From contig CBFGJX010000001.1 in assembly GCA_965649225.1 (NCBI GenBank), positions 64,001 through 128,000 of the forward strand: DNA of 64,000 nucleotides, in the 5' to 3' direction. The notes below the pieces were generated by a model that saw only the letters and a list, made by a program, of their open reading frames with translations, was not told where the DNA came from and did no database searches. The position numbers were made by a program, and so were the translations under genes. Numbering within the stretch: the first letter of the stretch is position 1; every line of letters starts with the position of its first letter. This document shows, one piece after another, positions 40,223 to 50,700 of the stretch. Source of the stretch: a candidate division WOR-3 bacterium. GTDB lineage: Bacteria; Hydrothermota; Tepidihabitantia; Tepidihabitantales; Tepidihabitantaceae.

Positions 40223-41059
40223 CTATCGCGAGATGACCACCCGGGCGATGTGCGGTTGTCGATTGTCTATTGTCGATTCGACGAAGTAGACGCCACTGGG
40301 CAGCCCCGAGACATCGTTCTCGCCCACGCGCAGTGTCATCACCTCTCGGCCCGCGGCGTCGAGCAGCGCCGCTCGGTGTTCGGGATCGGAAACCAGTGAC
40401 CGAGGCAGGTCAAGAACCCCGCGGACAACGGTTACGCGCGGCAGAGTTCTGACCGGCACGACCGGGCAGAGTTCTTCTTCGATACCCGTCAACGAGAACA
40501 CGATTGCCCGCTGGTTCCAGTTCCGGTTCTCGTAAAACGGCGAGTCCGAGAGCTGGTACCAGGTTTCGCCCATCAGCGGCACCTTGATGAACCCGCCCCG
40601 GTTGCGCACCAGTGGCCCGCGGTCCACGGCCAGCGGGTGGTCTCCGGTGTAGTATGTAGTTGTAACGCAGGTCCAGAAATCGACCCCGGAATCCACCGGC
40701 ACCGGCTGGGCGAGATTGACTCGTTTCCAGCGCATTGCACCGGACCCGGGATAGGTGGCCTGAGCCAGACGCGGGCCCGGCCGGGTGCTGGTATTCGCTC
40801 CGTAGATATAGACGCGGCCGTCCTCGGCCGAGGCGTCGTACTGGTAGAAGATCACCGCGACGACGCTGCACGGCTTCTCGGGCGTAAAACGCACCGCGGC
40901 GTGGTACTCGTACTGACCGGTCACCGCGAAACCGCCGAACACCCCCGAATCGAACTTCAGCGTCTCCTCAGCCGCGTCCGGCGACGTCAACTCGCCCGGA
41001 GCTGCAAGAGCGAGACAGGCGAGCGTCGCAACCGCGAGGAGTCCGCAAACTCTCTTCAT
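40223..41059 (-). CDS. secreted beta-sandwich protein with T9SS-like C-terminal domain
   Basis: Signal peptide, 'LKFDSG..AVRFTP..W..RA' domain, C-terminal LLDAAGR..LPSGVYFV. Confidence 0.8.
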   Translation of the reverse strand: MKRVCGLLAVATLACLALAAPGELTSPDAAEETLKFDSGVFGGFAVTGQYEYHAAVRFTPEKPCSVVAVIFYQYDASAEDGRVYIYGANTSTRPGPRLAQATYPGSGAMRWKRVNLAQPVPVDSGVDFWTCVTTTYYTGDHPLAVDRGPLVRNRGGFIKVPLMGETWYQLSDSPFYENRNWNQRAIVFSLTGIEEELCPVVPVRTLPRVTVVRGVLDLPRSLVSDPEHRAALLDAAGREVMTLRVGENDVSGLPSGVYFVESTIDNRQPHIARVVISR

Positions 41060-41068
41060 TCGGTTTTC

Positions 41069-42421
41069 CTATCGCGTGAAGATGACCTTGAACACGATTG
41101 ACGGCGGTTGTCTCTCCCCCTGCGAAAAGGCATCAAGGTGGGGGGCGACCACAAAGTACACGCCCGGCGCCAGCCCGCTCACGTCATTCGCACCCGGCCG
41201 CAACTCAAGCACGTGCCGGCCGCAGGCGTCAAGCAGCTCCCATCGCAGGCCGTCAGTCGCCGGCTGCGGGAGGTCCAGCACGTCGCGCACGATAGCGGCT
41301 CCTGAGGCAACTCTCCTTACCCCGGCCATCGGACTCGTCTCCATCCCGACCACGCCGAATGCGCGAGCCAGCATCAGTTCCCCGGCCGCCGCGTAGGCGA
41401 TGACCGGCTCACCGAGACTGTCCAGCATGATGTCACAGACCTTCGCCCTTATCACGCCCGGCACCGACACCGGCCTCCACCCGGTCCCGCCCCAGTAAGC
41501 GAAACGCAGGGTCGTATCCCGCGGCACGTAGGCCACGCCCCGTCGGGATTGGCGGTCGGCCGCGACCGCAAGCGACAGGAAACGCACTCCCTCGACCAGA
41601 TAGTCGTCACAGTATGGATAGCGCGGTACGAGCGAATCGACGCCCATTTCGAAGCAACAGCTCACCCCGGTGTCGGCGCGTATGGCGATGTCCCAGCCCG
41701 CGACCTGGAGGTCCATCCCGCCGTTCAGCCGCTCGGTACGCCAGCCATCGGGTCTGCGCACTCTGCATTGGAAGCTCCAGTTCCAGTTCGGGTTCGGGGC
41801 GTAACGACCGGAGCCCTCGTGCATCCCAACGTGCGGCACGTTCCGGGCATCGAACTCGAGCCCGCAACAGCCGTAACGCGCGCGGTACCCCGGCTGCGGC
41901 GCATACCAGTACACGCTGTCCTTCACCCAGCCGCTGTCGGTCTTCTGCGCGAACAGCACGCCGCCGGGCAGTGAGTCGCCGTTGAAGGTGTAGGCGAGCG
42001 CGGGCCGCCCGGAGCTGTCAAAGGCGACGTGCACCTGTGCATCCAGTAACGGCAACGTCAGCCCGGTGGACTCCGCAACCCAGCCGCTGTCGGCGCGTTG
42101 GGCGAGGACGATGCGGCCCTCGTTGTCGACGACCGCGATCCCGAGTTCTCCGTGCGGGCCGACATTGAAGTCAGGACGGCAGGCCGCCACGACTCCTGCC
42201 AGCGCCGCGACTGTCTCGCGCCGCCAGGCCGTGTCGCGACGGGCAACGCGAATCGCACCGGTCAGGCTCGGATAGCAGACAAGGATGTCATTGTTCGGTG
42301 CGCGACAGATGTGAACGTACCTGCTGCCCCCGGAATCAACACGCTCGAACTCCCAGTGTGCGGCGGATGCTGACGCGCAGGTTACGGCCAGAACCAGCAG
42401 ACTTGCGCGTATGCGGCACAT
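41069..42421 (-). CDS. secreted beta-propeller-like protein with T9SS-like C-terminal domain
   Basis: AAGGAGG RBS and TTGACG/TACAAT promoter upstream of ATG 42421; repeated W..E.V / D..G.P.IAY blades; CTD. Confidence 0.8.
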   Translation of the reverse strand: MCRIRASLLVLAVTCASASAAHWEFERVDSGGSRYVHICRAPNNDILVCYPSLTGAIRVARRDTAWRRETVAALAGVVAACRPDFNVGPHGELGIAVVDNEGRIVLAQRADSGWVAESTGLTLPLLDAQVHVAFDSSGRPALAYTFNGDSLPGGVLFAQKTDSGWVKDSVYWYAPQPGYRARYGCCGLEFDARNVPHVGMHEGSGRYAPNPNWNWSFQCRVRRPDGWRTERLNGGMDLQVAGWDIAIRADTGVSCCFEMGVDSLVPRYPYCDDYLVEGVRFLSLAVAADRQSRRGVAYVPRDTTLRFAYWGGTGWRPVSVPGVIRAKVCDIMLDSLGEPVIAYAAAGELMLARAFGVVGMETSPMAGVRRVASGAAIVRDVLDLPQPATDGLRWELLDACGRHVLELRPGANDVSGLAPGVYFVVAPHLDAFSQGERQPPSIVFKVIFTR

Positions 42422-42598
42422 TGGCAAACCTCCTTGCCCGATTGTAGTGCTTGAACCAACGGGCGTCAAGGCCAGGGAGACGCCCCAGCTCAGTCTGGAC
42501 CGTTACGACGGCACGTGGAATGTCGGAACAGCTCGGCCATTTGCAACCGGCCGGAGGGTCGTGACGGCCGGCACAGCTTCGTTACTCCTGCCGCTTCC

Positions 42599-44509
42599 TT
42601 ACCGTGCCACAACAACCCTGCCGACAGCATTCAACTCGCCGCCGGCAGCACCTGTAACGGCATAAATAATGAAGTACACTCCCGGTGCCAACCCGCTCAC
42701 GTCATTTACCCCCGGGCTGAGTGCCATGACCTTCCGACCGCTGACATCCAGCAGCGCCGGCTCTGACGCGGTACCGACAAACTCAGAACCCAGTCTTAGA
42801 ACCCCGCCAACAACATGGCAGTTCAACCGGAGTCGGCACAGCTCTTCGGAACGCCGGCTGACCGCCGTACCGATGCCAAGTTCGGCATCGTCCCAGTACA
42901 CTGTGCCGGCGCGGCCTTCGAGCACGAGGCAGAGCCGGGCCGAAGCGGTGTTGTTCGGGGCCTGCACCAGGCCGGTAGAGAGCCGGCGCCAGCCCAGTGA
43001 GTCGGCCACAAGGTCGGCCGAGACCGCCCGGCCGAGCAGGTTGCGCCGCGCGTCGTGCCACTCGACCTCAAGCCGGCACCGGCTGATGCGGGCGTCGTTC
43101 TTGTAGGCCCAGGCCGAGAACTCGTACTGGCTGCCGGGTGCGGCGATGACGTCCTGATACAGCACCGAGCGCACCGGGCGCGGGTAGCCCAGGGTGTCGG
43201 GCCGGTGGCTGAGGCTTGCGGCTCCGGTGCGCACTGGCGCGGTCTCGCGCCGAAAGCGGGCCCGGCGGCCTTCATACCAGCCGACAGGGTTGGCCGAGGT
43301 GTCGGACGGCACGGCCAGCGTGTCCAGCCGCCACTGCTCAAAACCGCCGTTGGTGAAGCTGGCCAGCGGCCGGTTGAAGGCCTCGCGCAGGGCGTTCCAG
43401 AGCTCGGGCCGTGCACCGTCATAGCCCAGGGCCCACATCCCGGCGCCGAGAAAGCCGTGCTCGTTGGCCTTGCTGTACTTCAAGACGAGACTGGTGTCGT
43501 CGTCAAACCAGCCCTGGCGCCAGCCGCCCGAATTGTAGGCATACCAAGGCGCCTTGCCTTCATCGTTCCAGCGGTAGCCGTAGGCCGCGGCCCGGCTGGC
43601 GGCTTCGCTGTACCAGCAGGCTTCGCCCGGTCCGGTCGTGCGCGCGCGCACCGTGTCGGCATCGGTCGGCCACTGGTAGCAGTACAGCGGCAGACCCAGC
43701 CAGAGCTTCGCACCGTTGCCCAGCGTGCTCAGGTAGTAGTCTATCGCCATCTGCAGGTTGCCGTAGAAGGTCCAGCCGACAAGCGGCGCAACCGGCCCGG
43801 CCTCAGGCCCGGCCAGCCAGTGAAAGTCGTAGCCCATGATGAACAGGCCGTCGGTGGTGTCGGCGAGCGCGGCGAGGTCGTAGGCCCGTTCCTGGTTCAA
43901 GGGCGGCGTGGCCAGGGTCAGCTCAAGCCCCGCCGCACGGCAGGCCGCCGAGAGCCGCCGGACAAACAGCGTGAAGGTGTCCCGGTCGCCGTACCACAGC
44001 CCCTCAAAGTCAATATTGATGCCGTCCATCCCGGCCGAGTCGGCCAGCGCCACAAGGTTGGGAATCGAGCCCGGGGCGCGGATCGCGCCGTGGATGTTGG
44101 CCCAATCAAAGCAGGTCGCCACCATCTCGACCTTGACCCCGTTGCGCCGGGCCCGGTCTATCAGGGAGGCCCAGCGGCCGGGAAAACCGTAGAGGTTGGT
44201 GATTGAGCCGTCGGGGTTGAGCGTGACGTCAAACAGCCCGATGCGGTCGAGCAGGTCATAGCGCAGCCAGCGCTCGTCGGCCCAGTAGGGCGCGTAGCCG
44301 TAGATTGAACGGGTGAGCGTCGTCTCGGGCTGAGATGCAGGCCGCGCCGGTACCCATGAGAGCGCAACCGGCCCGGACCAGTAGTATTCCGCCCCGCGAT
44401 GGCGCTCCGCCTCGGCACGGTTGCCTGCCTGACTGCAAGCGTAGTCCGGGCCCGGCCCGAAAACGGCCGTGCCGGCCACGGTCAGCAACAGAAGCGGCAA
44501 TGATGCCAT
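42599..44509 (-). CDS. glycoside hydrolase family 18 plus CBM-like domain plus T9SS-like CTD
   Basis: DGINIDFE, IMGYDFH, LGLPLY, GAGMWALGYD; NGGFE...VYWDDAEL jelly-roll; CTD. Confidence 0.88.
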   Translation of the reverse strand: MASLPLLLLTVAGTAVFGPGPDYACSQAGNRAEAERHRGAEYYWSGPVALSWVPARPASQPETTLTRSIYGYAPYWADERWLRYDLLDRIGLFDVTLNPDGSITNLYGFPGRWASLIDRARRNGVKVEMVATCFDWANIHGAIRAPGSIPNLVALADSAGMDGINIDFEGLWYGDRDTFTLFVRRLSAACRAAGLELTLATPPLNQERAYDLAALADTTDGLFIMGYDFHWLAGPEAGPVAPLVGWTFYGNLQMAIDYYLSTLGNGAKLWLGLPLYCYQWPTDADTVRARTTGPGEACWYSEAASRAAAYGYRWNDEGKAPWYAYNSGGWRQGWFDDDTSLVLKYSKANEHGFLGAGMWALGYDGARPELWNALREAFNRPLASFTNGGFEQWRLDTLAVPSDTSANPVGWYEGRRARFRRETAPVRTGAASLSHRPDTLGYPRPVRSVLYQDVIAAPGSQYEFSAWAYKNDARISRCRLEVEWHDARRNLLGRAVSADLVADSLGWRRLSTGLVQAPNNTASARLCLVLEGRAGTVYWDDAELGIGTAVSRRSEELCRLRLNCHVVGGVLRLGSEFVGTASEPALLDVSGRKVMALSPGVNDVSGLAPGVYFIIYAVTGAAGGELNAVGRVVVAR

Positions 44510-44671
44510 TAAAGCCTCCTGACCTCAGAACCGTTGCACAACAGGCTCCCAAGCCGCCGGTTCACCGTCTGACACAACAGACCGCCGACACCGTAGTGTC
44601 AGCGGCAAGGCCGTGTTCAGTTTGCCTGGTAGCGTATATCCGGGATGCGCGGCCGTAGGATGCCCCTCTAG

Positions 44672-45034
44672 TCAGGGCAGGACGGTGATATGCAGCGTAT
44701 CCGACCAGCCCGACTTTCGACCATTGATGTCCTGTGCCCGGGCGGTAATCCCGTAACGGCCAGCGGCAGCGTAAACATGGGTTCGGAAAATCGTGTCGAT
44801 CATCGAGAAGAGTGGCGTCAACTCGGTTCTGGTCGTATCACCCCAGATAATCTCAAATGCAATATAGTCTTCGTCCGGATCAGACGACCACACTCCCAGT
44901 CGGACGGTATCACCGGCACGGGTGGTGTCCGGCCCGAACAGTACCGGCGTGCTCGGCGGTGTGTTGCTGAAGCAACCGACAGTCACCCCCAGCAGTATCA
45001 GGGCGGTAAGCAGCAACAACTTCGCGGCTCGCAT
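44672..45034 (-). CDS. lipoprotein with PKD-like domain
   Basis: Lipobox VTVGC; SDPD, WGD, HVY..GRY motifs. Confidence 0.75.
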   Translation of the reverse strand: MRAAKLLLLTALILLGVTVGCFSNTPPSTPVLFGPDTTRAGDTVRLGVWSSDPDEDYIAFEIIWGDTTRTELTPLFSMIDTIFRTHVYAAAGRYGITARAQDINGRKSGWSDTLHITVLP

Positions 45035-45095
45035 TTCGCTGTTCATCAATGGCACAAGCTAAACGCACTCAGGCCGAAGTCAAGCTCAGCCCGGT

Positions 45096-47324
45096 CTAAC
45101 GGCAGACACTGAAGCGCTGGCAGCCAACCACACCTTCGCTGTCCTGCAGGCGCAAAACATAAAGACCGCTGCCGAGATTGGACAAGTCAACAGTCGCCGG
45201 TCCCTCGATGCGGCGCTTAAGCACGACCCGGCCAGCAACATCGTAGATACTCATGGTCGCCCAACCGCGCCACCCTTCCAACCGGGCCGGCCCACGCACC
45301 ACTGACGGATACATCCTCACCCGGGACAATACCGATGCTTCCTGATTGGGTTTCGGCTCACTTGCCCGGTATCGGACAACAAAGGCCTGCACTGCTGTGT
45401 CGCCGTGTGGCTCTTCATTCTCACACCAGAGACTGCAGCGGGCAACATAGTGGCCTGGCATGACTGTCCATGGCCGGAATGCTATTGCGACCTCTGCCCC
45501 GGGTTCGATTGTTGCAGCGACCGAATCGGAGTAATGGACTGCAGCAAGCCGAACGTCGTCCAGCCGAAGACCACCGCTGGCATCGCCGCCAACCCGACGG
45601 AATCCGACGCGCAACAGCGTATCGCCGACCGCTGCGAAACCGACCCGCAGTTCCTGCTGTTCATCGCCCACGCTTCCGCCACCGACCAGCACCGCGTTCT
45701 GGCCGGATTCCGGGTCCCAGTAACCAGCCCAAACCTCAACCGACTCTACCGCCTGCCCGCACGCCGCAGCTTGAAAGCAGATCGTATCACCCGGGCCTAA
45801 CCGCACCAGCGGGGTCAGAAGCCAGCTCTCGCTGTCCGCACCCGACCCTTCAGAACGACATTCAGCCCTTCCATCAACTCCACCGGAATCGCTGACAAAC
45901 ACCCAGTTCTTTGCCCCTGAGCCGACAATCTGCCAGCCGACCGGCAGCAGACCTGTTGCGCCATCGAAACCTTCATCAATACCGCCACCAGGCCGCTCAA
46001 TCCGGAAGAACGCCCTCACCGCTCCCGGCTGCCCGCCCCGGTTTGCCGCCCTGAAAGCAGGAACCACCACACCAGGCAAAGCGTCTGCAATCGGGCGCAC
46101 GATTTCGGTCAACGCCACATCGGCCGGAGCGACCGCAATCTCAGGCGGCCGGACGGCAACAACCCCCACCGGCCCGCCATACCCGAGATTGATTACAACA
46201 TCCAGCGGTGTACTGCCCCAGCAGTCATGCACCATCACCCAGTCCCGGCTCGGCGGCCCCCAGCCGCAGAACGTCACCGTGTGATTGCCGTACTGCGGGT
46301 GACCAAGCAGGCAGAGCACACCTGGTCGGCCACTGTCAATCTCGGCAACGAGCAGGTCGGTATTGTCCCAGGAAAGCCAACTGACGAAGCCGTATTCAGC
46401 ACCCCAGCGCGGGTCGTTGCATACCTCGGCGATACCCAGCGGAATCCGCTCACCCGCGGTCGAACCGTTACCCAGAGTGTCGGTCTCCATCGCGACAGCC
46501 AGTTTTCGGCTCACATCGGGCACGCTGTCAATATCGCCCTCAATCGGGTCATACACGCCACGAAAGACCGTATCAACTAACCGGTCGAACCCGTGCCGGT
46601 CCCAGTAAGTCAGAATGTTGGCCGCCGCGGTCGGCGCACAGCCATAGTGCCAGTCCCAGTCCGGGATTGCTTCAATCCAGCACTGACCATCCTGCTCAAG
46701 CATTGCCGACCCGGACCGGAAGCACTGCCAGAGCTCGGTATTCAGCATCAATTGGCCGATGGACGGTAACATCGGTTGAACCCGAAGAATCTCGGCCGGT
46801 ATGGCCGGCCGCAACCCGCGCACCGAGACAAGGATGGTATCGTCCTCAACGGCACAACTGAACCACAGGTCCAGCGGTGAGTAATACACCCGGCCGACGA
46901 TTTCCGGATTACACCCACCCAGCAGCCTGCTCGCGACAGCCTTCGCTTCGTCCGCACAAAGCCGGTCCGGCGCCGGCCCCTGATAGTGCAGCAGCACCGG
47001 CGGCATCAGCGTGCTGGCCCCGACCATTACCGTAACCAGTCTGCCATCGCCAAGCTCACGCTCACACACGTACACCGCCGGCTCATTTCCGGTATCGCAG
47101 TACAACCAGCAGCCGGTGGGATGGCCCGGGCCGTAGACGTTATCGGCAAACAGCCCCGCAACTGCCACCGCTTCGTTTTCGCCAATTGAAGCCGACAAGG
47201 CATGCGCTGCCGCCACCCCAAAAGCCAAAAAGACCGCAACTACCCCGACGCCAACGGCTGGCCTTGGGCCGGCCCGAATACTGCGCCCGGAGCAACCTGC
47301 GCTGGATGTCAACACTCGCACCAC
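45096..47324 (-). CDS. secreted papain-like (C10/C39-type) cysteine peptidase with Ig-like and adhesin-like domains and CTD
   Basis: WHYGCAPTAAA (catalytic Cys), GNHTVTFCGW (His), VHDCWG; propeptide-like N-terminal region; C-terminal IYDVAGR..GSGLYVL. Start uncertain. Confidence 0.75.
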   Translation of the reverse strand: MVRVLTSSAGCSGRSIRAGPRPAVGVGVVAVFLAFGVAAAHALSASIGENEAVAVAGLFADNVYGPGHPTGCWLYCDTGNEPAVYVCERELGDGRLVTVMVGASTLMPPVLLHYQGPAPDRLCADEAKAVASRLLGGCNPEIVGRVYYSPLDLWFSCAVEDDTILVSVRGLRPAIPAEILRVQPMLPSIGQLMLNTELWQCFRSGSAMLEQDGQCWIEAIPDWDWHYGCAPTAAANILTYWDRHGFDRLVDTVFRGVYDPIEGDIDSVPDVSRKLAVAMETDTLGNGSTAGERIPLGIAEVCNDPRWGAEYGFVSWLSWDNTDLLVAEIDSGRPGVLCLLGHPQYGNHTVTFCGWGPPSRDWVMVHDCWGSTPLDVVINLGYGGPVGVVAVRPPEIAVAPADVALTEIVRPIADALPGVVVPAFRAANRGGQPGAVRAFFRIERPGGGIDEGFDGATGLLPVGWQIVGSGAKNWVFVSDSGGVDGRAECRSEGSGADSESWLLTPLVRLGPGDTICFQAAACGQAVESVEVWAGYWDPESGQNAVLVGGGSVGDEQQELRVGFAAVGDTLLRVGFRRVGGDASGGLRLDDVRLAAVHYSDSVAATIEPGAEVAIAFRPWTVMPGHYVARCSLWCENEEPHGDTAVQAFVVRYRASEPKPNQEASVLSRVRMYPSVVRGPARLEGWRGWATMSIYDVAGRVVLKRRIEGPATVDLSNLGSGLYVLRLQDSEGVVGCQRFSVCR

Positions 47325-47758
47325 AGACCAGCAATCTCAGTGCCAGAACGCAAAGGGTGGCGCAATGCCGTAACATATTGACTGTCAGTCGCTTACTCGT
47401 CTGTCCCCCAAACTGCGCGACCGGCGACATCGCCTGTGAACAGCAGGCTAGTATCTATAACAACTTGAAAAACAAGGCCGTTACAAATTGCGACAGCATC
47501 CGCCAACTCCTGCCTTGACAATCCAGCCCGGCTTCGCTATATCTGATAAAGGTATCTGGGTTTTGCTCCCTTTGAGGGGCGCTCGCGGCCTTCGGGCTCG
47601 CCGCGACAGCATGCGGGGTTGCGTAAATCCAGTGGCAAAAGATAAGCGCTTTTTTAGCGGGCGACGGTCGTAGGTAATTGCTGTCGCCGGCATTTGTTAC
47701 CTGGGTTTGTGGGCTTGACCTCTCTTGACAGGGAGGTGCAAATGACAGGAGGATTGAG

Positions 47759-50700
47759 ATGCGCCCCGTCAGGCTGCTTCTTTGCCTGGTCGGTTACTGC
47801 GCGGTTGTCTGGTGCAGTTCGCCGCTGGCTTACGGCAATACGCCCGGCAATCCAACAGATGCCGCACCCGGATTCTGCCGACACGACATCGGTGCAACGA
47901 GCATCCGCTGGCCGCGCGATACTGTGGCCCTCGACACCGTTAGTAATCCCCGGGCCTGGATTTACAACTTCGGCGACTTCACCGAGTCGGGCTTCCCGGT
48001 CACCTTCCTCGTCATCGCCGGTACCGACACGCTCTACCGGGCCACAGACACCTTCCGGGCAGAGCTGCCCCCCGGCACCAATGCGACGATGCTGTTCCCG
48101 CAGTGGACAGCGCGGCCGACCGGTCAGTATACCGCAGTCTGCTACACACAACTCGCCGGTGATGCCTCAAGAGCGAACGACACGACCCGCCACTCTTTTC
48201 TGGTTCGGGACTGCCGCGGTGACGTCGGCGCAACTCTCATCCTCGCGCCAACCGGTACGGTTGACTCCGGCGTACTCGTCACCCCGCGCGCGGTCATCAG
48301 AAACTATACCGGGCGCGCTGAGACGTTCCCGGTAACTCTGCGCATCGGCAGCCTCTACACACAGACCCAGCAGTGCAGCCTGCCCGGCTTTGCCATCGAC
48401 ACCGTCGAGTTTGCGCCGGCCTGGACCGCACAGCCACCCGGCAATTATCCGGTCATCTGCTTCACCGCGCTCACGGCTGATGCTGACCGTTCCAATGATA
48501 CTGCCCGCTCGTCGGTCACGGTGCTCGATTGCCCACGCCATGACGTCGGCGCGCTCGAGATTGTCTGGCCACGCGGCCAGATCGACTCCGGCTCGGTGGT
48601 CACGCCCCGCGCGGTAATCCGCAACTACGGCAACCGCGACGAAACCTTCCCGGTCACCCTGCGCATCGGCATCGTCTACTCACGGACAATCACCACATCG
48701 CTTGCGGTTGGCGCGATCGACACGGTGAGCTTCCCGGCCTGGACAGCCCACCCGCTCGGCGGCCACACGACGGTCTGCTTCACCAACCTCTGGAACGACG
48801 AAAACCGCGCCAATGATACGACCTGGGGCGAAATCTGCGTGGTCCGTCCTGCCCGTCACGATGTCGGCACAGAAGCCATCCTCGCGCCGCTCGGTATCGT
48901 CGATTCCGGCACGCTGCACCTGCCCCGCGCGATCATCCACAACTACGGCACGCGCAGCGATTCGTTCCCGGTGACATTTGAAATCGAAGGCGGCTACAGC
49001 GCAACCGAGCGCCGCACCCTGTTGCCGGGCCAGACTGACACAGTTGACTTCCTGCCCTTCTGGAGGGCGCAGCCGCTGGGCAGCCTCGCCGTTCGTTGTT
49101 TCACCGCGCTTGCAAGCGATACGAACCGCGCCAACGACACCGCCCGCGCTTCGGTGACGGTGGTCGTGCCGGAGGTCCACGACGTCGGCGTCGCCGCAAT
49201 CCTCGCGCCGGTCGGCACGCTCGACTCCGGAGCGGTCGTCACGCCGCTCGCGCTCGTGCGCAACTACGGCACGCGTGACGAAAGCTTTCCGGTGAGTTTG
49301 AGTATCGGCGCTGACTACGAACAGACTGTTGACCTCGAACTTGCCGCCGGACGCGACACAACCCTGACCTTCCCGGACTGGATTGCCCAGCCCGTAGGCA
49401 GCCACGCGGTCACCTGTCTCACTCGACTGGCCGCAGACGAGAATCGCGCCAACGACACCGCCCGCACGACGGTCGAGGTTCGTTCGCTGCCCCGCAACGA
49501 TGTCGGAACGCTGGCGATACTCGCGCCGGTCGGCACGGTGGACTCAGGCAGCGCCCACACCCCGACCGCGGTCATCCACAACTTCGGCAATCGCCGGGCG
49601 ACCTTCCCGGTCACGTTCACGATCAGCGACGGCTACGCGCGCACTCTGAACCTGTCGCTCGACCCGGGTCAGACCGACACGGTCATCTTCCCGGCGTGGG
49701 TCGCGGCACTACCAGGAACCCACGCCTGCACCGTCTACACCGCGCTCGGAGAGGACGTCGACCGTTCCAACGACACCACTGCCGCCACAGTTACCGTCAG
49801 GGCACTGCCCCCGCCCGATGTCGGCGTCATTCACATTCTTGCCCCGACCGGCTTCGCTGAACTCGGCCAAGTCATCATCCCGCGTGCCGTGGTCCGGCAC
49901 TGGCCGGACACGACCGACGCCCAGGTCACGTTCCCGGTCACGATGACCATCGGCTCGACCTACCGCGAATCGCTGATCGTCACACTGCCCGGCGGCGCCA
50001 GCCGGACGGTCGAGTTCCCGGCCTGGAATGCCGGGCCGCTCGGCCAACACGAGGTCGTCTGCTTCACGCAGCTTGAGCCCGACCCGAATCGCGCCAACGA
50101 CACCGCCCACACGACGGTCGAAATCATCACCGTGCCGCGTCACGACGTCGGTGCCACGGCCATCCTCGCGCCCGCGGGCACGCTCGATTCCGGCACGGTA
50201 CACACGCCTCAGGCTGTCATCCGCAACTTCGGCACCCGTGATGAAACTTTCCCGGTGACATTCCGCATCGGCGATGGCTACACCGAAACGCTGCTGCGCC
50301 AGCTCGCCCCGGGCCAGGTTGACACGGTCCGCTTCCCGCTCTGGATTGCCCAGCCGCTCGGCCGTCATGCGACGCTATGCTATACTGCGCTGGACCGCGA
50401 CGAAGACCGGTCCAACGACACGGTCTGGGGCACGGACTCGGTCGAAGTCGTGCGCCACCTGCGGCCTGATGTCGGGGCAATGCGCATCATCGCCCCGGCC
50501 GGCCGCTATGACTCGGGCGAGGTCGTCGCACCGAGCGCAGTTATCCGCAACTTTGGCAACACGGCCGACAGTTTCCCGGTCACCTTTGCGGTCGCCGGTT
50601 ACGCCGACACGCTCTGGACCTTCCTGACACCCGGGCAGATTGACACGGTCACGTTCCGCGACTGGATTGCCCAGCCGGTGGGCCGCCACTTGCCGGTCTG

